A DNA stretch of 30,821 nucleotides from Candidatus Iainarchaeum sp. (lineage in GTDB: Archaea > Iainarchaeota > Iainarchaeia > Iainarchaeales > JAFCCJ01). The stretch covers positions 1 through 30,821 of the forward strand of contig JBDRHK010000072.1 in NCBI GenBank assembly GCA_043816965.1. The letters are read 5' to 3'. Both the position numbers and the translations under genes were made by a program. Below, piece by piece: positions 25,651-30,821 of the stretch. The notes under the pieces were generated by a model that did not search any database, was not told the origin of the DNA, and worked only from the letters and a program-made list of their open reading frames with translations. Position 1 is the first letter of the stretch, and each line of letters opens with the position of its first letter.

Positions 25651-26642
25651 TCCAACTCATCCAACTTAAATTCTTCCCACTTCTTTTTTCCCAGGACTAT
25701 TTCCAGTTCTGTCGGATTTAGGATTGGCTTTTTGAATGAGCTGTAATCCTCAATAACAATCCTCGGGCAGGCTGTGTTCACATAGGCATCAACTTCAACA
25801 CCCAGCAAATACTCAGGCATTATGTAGTCCATTGCAAGGATTATCGCCTTCTTCCCTTTGGATTTAATTAATTTCCTCAATTCCCCGGCCCTTTCCTTAA
25901 ACATCTGCCCTGATTTTGTGCTTATGAGAATGGCGAAGGAATGGGCATTCTGGGCTGATGCTATTGCCCCATGCCGTTTCCTCAGAAACAGCTCCCTTTC
26001 CTCCCCTAACTCCCTTATCTCCCCGCCAAGCGGATTAAAAATAAAGACAGGCTTATCTGTTAAAAAGGTAAATCCCAAAGGATGGAACAGGCCATCACCA
26101 ATAAAAACAACTGCATCGCATTTCTCCCTAACATTCTGGAATGATGAATAGTTACATCCTAAAACCTGGCCCTCTTTTGAAATTCTGCTGCTCCCTTTTC
26201 CCACATGAATCTTGAACTTTTTTCCGAGTGACTCCCTTACAAAATTCATATGGTCTGTGAACTGGATTGTTGAGGCAAGGCAGATATTTTTCAGATTCCT
26301 CTTTTTTAATTCCCCCTCCAGATTCCCAATCTGCGTAACCATCTTATTCTCATCAATGGAATAAAACAGCGGAAAGAAAAGGGCGTTATTGCTTCGGTGC
26401 ATTTTACTGTGCCCGAAATGTACAAGCAAATCCGCGCCAAGTTTTTCAGCCTTGTCACCTGCCAAATCACAGGCACCAAAACAGGGGTCCATAAGGACAA
26501 TGCATTCTGTGCCTGTTGATTCAATCTTTTCAATGATCTCCTCAGCCCTCACTTTCAGGCCTTCAGGAATCTGGACAACAACCAGTTTTGGTTTTCGTTT
26601 TTCAATTTCCCTGACAGCCCTGTCAAGATTTAGTTTTATCAT
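25647..26642 (-). CDS. dph2: Diphthamide biosynthesis enzyme Dph2 (2-(3-amino-3-carboxypropyl)histidine synthase)
   Basis: Motifs Q.PEGLK, PCFGACDL, VHFGHS, QVLGC, GDG.FHP, STK.GQ and NTACPRI, covering the three Fe-S Cys. ATG at 26642. Confidence 0.95.
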   Translation of the reverse strand: MIKLNLDRAVREIEKRKPKLVVVQIPEGLKVRAEEIIEKIESTGTECIVLMDPCFGACDLAGDKAEKLGADLLVHFGHSKMHRSNNALFFPLFYSIDENKMVTQIGNLEGELKKRNLKNICLASTIQFTDHMNFVRESLGKKFKIHVGKGSSRISKEGQVLGCNYSSFQNVREKCDAVVFIGDGLFHPLGFTFLTDKPVFIFNPLGGEIRELGEERELFLRKRHGAIASAQNAHSFAILISTKSGQMFKERAGELRKLIKSKGKKAIILAMDYIMPEYLLGVEVDAYVNTACPRIVIEDYSSFKKPILNPTELEIVLGKKKWEEFKLDELD

Positions 26643-26679
26643 GGTTAAATTGTGCTGGAAACACATTAAAAAATTGCCA

Positions 26680-29241
26680 TTATCTCTTTTTTTCCAGCAA
26701 AAGCCTTTTTTGCTCTAAAAGCACAACCTGCTTTATCTTCTTCACAGCGTCAATATTAGCAGAAATAGAGTCAATGCCATATGCGACCAAATGCCTCACC
26801 ATTTCAGGGTTTGAGGCAGCCTGCCCGCAGATTGAGGTTTCAACCCCCCCATATCTGCATCTTCTAATAACTTCCTTAATCTGCCTCAGCACAGCAGGAT
26901 GCAATTCCGAAAAGTGCTTCTGAATTCTCCCATTGTTCCTGTCAATTCCCAAAGTCAATTGTGTTAGGTCATTGGTTCCGAAAGAAACAAAATCAATTCC
27001 CTCCTTAACCAGCTTATCAGTTATCCAGCAGGCGGCCGGGGTCTCTATCATAACCCCAAACTTAACATCCTTTCCAGGATCCAGACCAACACTTTTCGCA
27101 ATCTTTTTTGCATCCCTCACTTCCTTCTCTGAAATCACAAATGGGAGCATTACGCCAATATTGTCAAATCCCTCATTAACCAATTCCTTAATCGCGGTAA
27201 ACTGCGCCTTTAACAGCTCAGTCTCATCCAAATCCCTCCTGATTCCATGCCACCCAAGCATTGGATTGTCTTCCTCAGGCTCCTTCTCCCCCCCCAAAAG
27301 CCCCCTGAACTCATCACTCCTCGCATCAAATGTCCTATACCAAACAGGCTTTCCCCTGAAAAGGGAGGCAACCTTTTTTATCCCGTCCTTAACCGCCTTA
27401 ACCAACTCATCATTCTTCCCCTGCCTTATGAATTCCGCAGGATGCATTCCTGATGCAGTTATCATATGCTCTGCCCTCAGCAGGCCAACTCCCGCTGCAT
27501 TTGTTTTGGATGCCTTTTCAGCAGCCTCAGGAAGGGCAACATTTACCTTTACCTTTGGGGCAACTGCCTCCAATAAATCAATAAGCAATTCTTTCTTCTC
27601 AACACCTTCGGCCTTATCGACATCCTCCTGCAATTCCTCAACTTCCTTAATTTCCTCCTCCTCCTCCTTCTTATGCTCATCACTCATTTCCACAGGCTCC
27701 TCAATAACCTCAATTTCCGAAGTTGCCTCATCCAGCCTTTTTGCCCTTGCGTCCTCAATTATTTTCCTCTGCTCCTCGCTCCCCAAAAACTTCTTTTCTT
27801 TCTCAATTTTCCGATCAATTGCATCATCAACCTTTTCCATCTCCTCAACCGAAACAAGTTCAACTTCCTTAAATTCCTCAGGTGCCGTTACCTTGGCCTT
27901 GCCCTCATAAATCTTTCCATGGAACCCGTCCAATGTAACCATCATCCCTGTTTTGAGAATTTTTGTCGCATCGCCTGTTCCAACAACACAAGGAATTCCC
28001 AATTCCCTGCTTACAATTGCCGCATGGCAGGTATTGCCCCCTTCATCAGTAATTATTCCTGCGCTCTTTTCCATAACAGGCACCCAGTCAGGGGAGGTCA
28101 TTTTTGTCACAATTATGTCCCCAGCTTCTGCCAATTTTTTGTCATCTGCAGATAAAATAACCCTTACAATTCCCACAACAACTCCGGGAGAAGCTGCAAC
28201 ACCTTTTACAATTTCATTTCCTTCAACATCACTAACCTTTGCCGCTTTTGCCTTAGCCAGTGTTGTAATTGGCCTTGCCTGCACAATGTACATCTCGTTT
28301 CCTTCAAGTGCCCATTCAATGTCCATCGGCCTCTTATAATGCTTCTCAATCTGCTTCCCAACCTTTGCCAGGTCGATGATAAATTTATCAGCAAGTTTCT
28401 GCTTTTTGCCCTGCGCAGGTGTAAGGTCAACCTTTTTGTTGCCTTTTCCTGACCTTACAAGTTTCCATGTCTGCTGGTTGACACTCTTTTCAACAATTTT
28501 GGCAGTTCCCTTCTCCAGAATGTAGTTATCAGGAGTGATTGCTCCGCTTACAACACTCTCCCCCAAACCAAAACCTGCCTCAATCAATAATTTGGTTTCA
28601 TCCCCTGAGGGATGCACAGTAAACATTATTCCGCTGACATCACTATTCACCATCTTCTGAACAACAACAGCAATTCCCACCTGTTTTGTCGGGAAGCCCT
28701 GCTTCTTCCTGTAGTAAACCGCGCGCGAAGTGAACAAAGAGGCCCAGCATCTTTTCACCGCATCAACAACCTCCTCCTTTCCAATAACATTAAGGAAAGT
28801 CTCCTGCTGCCCTGCGAAGCTTGCCTCAGGCAAATCCTCTGCAGTTGCGCTTGACCTTACTGCAACATACTCATTCTCACTGGAACTAAGCCCCCTCAAA
28901 CCAAGCTTTCTTTCTCCCATTTTAACATAGGCTTTTTGAATTTCAACATCCAATTCCTCACTCATAGGGGTCTTGAGGATAATCTCCCTAACTTGCTTTG
29001 CAACCAAATCCAGCTTTTCAGTGTCCTCAACATCAAGGTGATCAACCAAAGCGAGAATTTTCTGCTCAATCTTCTTTTCCCTAATGAATTTGAAATAAGC
29101 AGTGGAAGTAACCATAAATCCCCCCGGAATTGGGAAATTCGCGCGGGTCATTTCCCCCAGGGAAGCGCCCTTCCCCCCAACTGTGGGGACGTCCTCAATT
29201 CTCACTTCCTTAAACCATTTGATAGGCTCTTCGTCAAACAA
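26680..29241 (-). CDS. ppsA: Phosphoenolpyruvate synthase (pyruvate, water dikinase)
   Basis: Motifs VGGKGASLGEM, VAVRSSATAEDLPEASFAGQQET, TCHAAIVSRELGIP (phospho-His), NPMLGWHGIR, GVMIETPA, SFGTNDLTQ and SICGQA. Confidence 0.95.
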   Translation of the reverse strand: MFDEEPIKWFKEVRIEDVPTVGGKGASLGEMTRANFPIPGGFMVTSTAYFKFIREKKIEQKILALVDHLDVEDTEKLDLVAKQVREIILKTPMSEELDVEIQKAYVKMGERKLGLRGLSSSENEYVAVRSSATAEDLPEASFAGQQETFLNVIGKEEVVDAVKRCWASLFTSRAVYYRKKQGFPTKQVGIAVVVQKMVNSDVSGIMFTVHPSGDETKLLIEAGFGLGESVVSGAITPDNYILEKGTAKIVEKSVNQQTWKLVRSGKGNKKVDLTPAQGKKQKLADKFIIDLAKVGKQIEKHYKRPMDIEWALEGNEMYIVQARPITTLAKAKAAKVSDVEGNEIVKGVAASPGVVVGIVRVILSADDKKLAEAGDIIVTKMTSPDWVPVMEKSAGIITDEGGNTCHAAIVSRELGIPCVVGTGDATKILKTGMMVTLDGFHGKIYEGKAKVTAPEEFKEVELVSVEEMEKVDDAIDRKIEKEKKFLGSEEQRKIIEDARAKRLDEATSEIEVIEEPVEMSDEHKKEEEEEIKEVEELQEDVDKAEGVEKKELLIDLLEAVAPKVKVNVALPEAAEKASKTNAAGVGLLRAEHMITASGMHPAEFIRQGKNDELVKAVKDGIKKVASLFRGKPVWYRTFDARSDEFRGLLGGEKEPEEDNPMLGWHGIRRDLDETELLKAQFTAIKELVNEGFDNIGVMLPFVISEKEVRDAKKIAKSVGLDPGKDVKFGVMIETPAACWITDKLVKEGIDFVSFGTNDLTQLTLGIDRNNGRIQKHFSELHPAVLRQIKEVIRRCRYGGVETSICGQAASNPEMVRHLVAYGIDSISANIDAVKKIKQVVLLEQKRLLLEKKR

Positions 29242-29328
29242 TAGAACACCGTTAAAAAGAAGGTCAAGGTTATTTAATAAGCTAACCGTTAAATTATGCG
29301 AATCTATTTGCCTGAATTAGTTTGGAAA

Positions 29329-30060
29329 TTATTTCTTTTCCTTGGATTTGGGCTCTTCCTTCTTTTCGCCTGATTTGGCGTCTTCCTTGGCGCCTTCTTT
29401 GCCTGTTTCCTTCCTTACTGCGCTCTCGGCCTTTTCTGCGTCAGCCGCAACCTTTGCATCTGCCGCATCAGCCTTATCCTCTGCCTCTGTCTTGACATCC
29501 CTTATTGTCTTGGTTGGTTTTGTGCCAATGGACTCAACATCAGTGTGAATCAAAACATGCAATTTGCAGGTAATCCTTGATTTTGCCCTGAGCAATCCTT
29601 CCTTTCCAATCTTAACATCTTTTTCATCAACCAATAAACTTATTATCTTCTGCCCTGGCCTAACTCTTATGGCTCTTCCCACAGGCTTTCCAAAAGGATG
29701 GCTCATCCCTTTTTGGATTCTATCTGCATGCGCCCCCTGTGCCTGCTTGTTCTCCCTCAGAATCTGGTGGGGGTATACCCTTATTTTGAAGAAGAAACCA
29801 TCTTTTCCCAAATGCTTTGTCAGATATCTGTTAATTGAAATTCTGCTGGATTCAATTGCATTGTCCCTAATCTGGACCCCCTCATCAACAATCAAATCCA
29901 GGATGTGGGAAAACGCCTTATCCCCGTTGCCCATATTCCACTGCCTTGTTTTAACCCCTGGAGTTGCACCAATATAGTTGCGCCTGTGCACCTTTACGGC
30001 TACCCTTGTCCATGGCCTGTCCTTCAGGCTCCTATAGCAATGCCCTGGCCTTAAACCCAT
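29329..30060 (-). CDS. rpl10e: 50S ribosomal protein uL16 (L10e) with a charged C-terminal tail
   Basis: MGLRPG.CYR, QIRDNAIES.R...NR, RVYPHQILRENK...GA.ADRI..GM...FGKP.G.A.RV. ATG at 30060 follows GGTGA. Confidence 0.95.
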   Translation of the reverse strand: MGLRPGHCYRSLKDRPWTRVAVKVHRRNYIGATPGVKTRQWNMGNGDKAFSHILDLIVDEGVQIRDNAIESSRISINRYLTKHLGKDGFFFKIRVYPHQILRENKQAQGAHADRIQKGMSHPFGKPVGRAIRVRPGQKIISLLVDEKDVKIGKEGLLRAKSRITCKLHVLIHTDVESIGTKPTKTIRDVKTEAEDKADAADAKVAADAEKAESAVRKETGKEGAKEDAKSGEKKEEPKSKEKK

Positions 30061-30139
30061 ACAAATCACCAATAAATAGGAATTATTGTAAAATCAGCTA
30101 ATTCCAAGATAAATTAACCCCTGTAATGGTTTTTAAAGC

Positions 30140-30781
30140 TTATGCGGCCTTTTTTTGAACCTGATTAACATTACTTCCAATTTCCCCAGGATTAACATCA
30201 ATTCTGCTGATATTTGCCCCTGGGTGGAATTTACCGAAAAATTGCTTTAATTTCACCTTCTCATCCCTTGTGAAAAGCCTGAAGTTTTCGATATTGTTCT
30301 CGATGTTAACTTTCATTTGCATCCCCTTTATTTGGTCCAGTGCCCCTGACTCAATCTTTTCTTTAATCAACTGCTCAACTGCGGCATTCAATTCCTGCGG
30401 GCTTTTTATTTGCCCGCCTTTAAGCAGTTCAAGTATCTCCTGCCTCAAAGCCAGAAGCTCCGGGTTCTCGCTTAGGTGCCAGTATCTCGAGCTCCTTAAA
30501 CGGGATTGGTCAAGTTCAAAATCAGCAAGCGCCCTTGCCTTGGCAAGGTTTACTTTTTTTGGATTTGGAAAATATGTTTTTTCAATAGGCGGCCGACCCA
30601 TTACTCCTTTCTTACCTCTCCCAAATATTCTTGGAAATGCTTCTTTTGCAATATGGCCCCCAGCATTGCGCAGAGTATTACCAATACCTTGCCTGTCGCG
30701 GTTTCTCGCAGGAGTTTTTCCTTTTGCCCGCGGTGCCCCTTGCCTTACTGGCGTTCTTCGCCTTACCTGTGCCCTTGCCAT
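30140..30781 (-). CDS. Hypothetical protein with an Arg-rich N-terminus
   Basis: 213-aa ATG ORF filling the gap upstream of rpl10e. It starts MARAQVRRRTPVRQGAPRAKGKTPARNR and has no domain I recognise. Confidence 0.6.
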   Translation of the reverse strand: MARAQVRRRTPVRQGAPRAKGKTPARNRDRQGIGNTLRNAGGHIAKEAFPRIFGRGKKGVMGRPPIEKTYFPNPKKVNLAKARALADFELDQSRLRSSRYWHLSENPELLALRQEILELLKGGQIKSPQELNAAVEQLIKEKIESGALDQIKGMQMKVNIENNIENFRLFTRDEKVKLKQFFGKFHPGANISRIDVNPGEIGSNVNQVQKKAA

Positions 30782-30821
30782 TCAAACCAAATAAATTAGG
30801 TGCTTAGGAGTATTTAATCCT

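Noticed and set aside
26933..27910. 325-aa Ser-rich plus-strand ORF and similar antisense ORFs over the ATPase, prf1, rpl10e and others
   Set aside because: These are shadow frames opposite well-supported genes and have no motifs.

Overview
Compact, gene-dense archaeal chromosome segment with GGTGA/GAGGTG Shine-Dalgarno sites and BRE/TATA-type promoters. The S-layer signal region, separate priS/priL genes and basic orphan proteins suggest a DPANN archaeon, probably Ca. Iainarchaeota/Diapherotrites (inference, no search run). In order it holds: the 3' part of a Cys-rich surface protein with a duplicated lectin/lyase-like domain; rpiB; pcn-priL; a P-type Ca2+-ATPase; a 65-aa histone-H1-like gene; priS-gins15-rps27e-aIF2alpha-PAC2 (no rpl44e or nop10); a lipoprotein; EndoQ; an AmmeMemoRadiSam radical SAM enzyme; a BofA-like protein; a wHTH protein; an S-layer protein; truD; aRF1; pyrH; dph2; ppsA; uL16; and orphans. 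The standout observation is a 503-aa class-1 intein (LAGLIDADG endonuclease plus XRE-type HTH) inserted in release factor aRF1 exactly between the catalytic GGQ and the next Ser, so release activity should depend on protein splicing. The second highlight is the H1-like polycation gene inside the replication cluster, preceded by an A-tract array and with its stop codon inside a long hairpin. No rRNA, tRNA or CRISPR array was seen.
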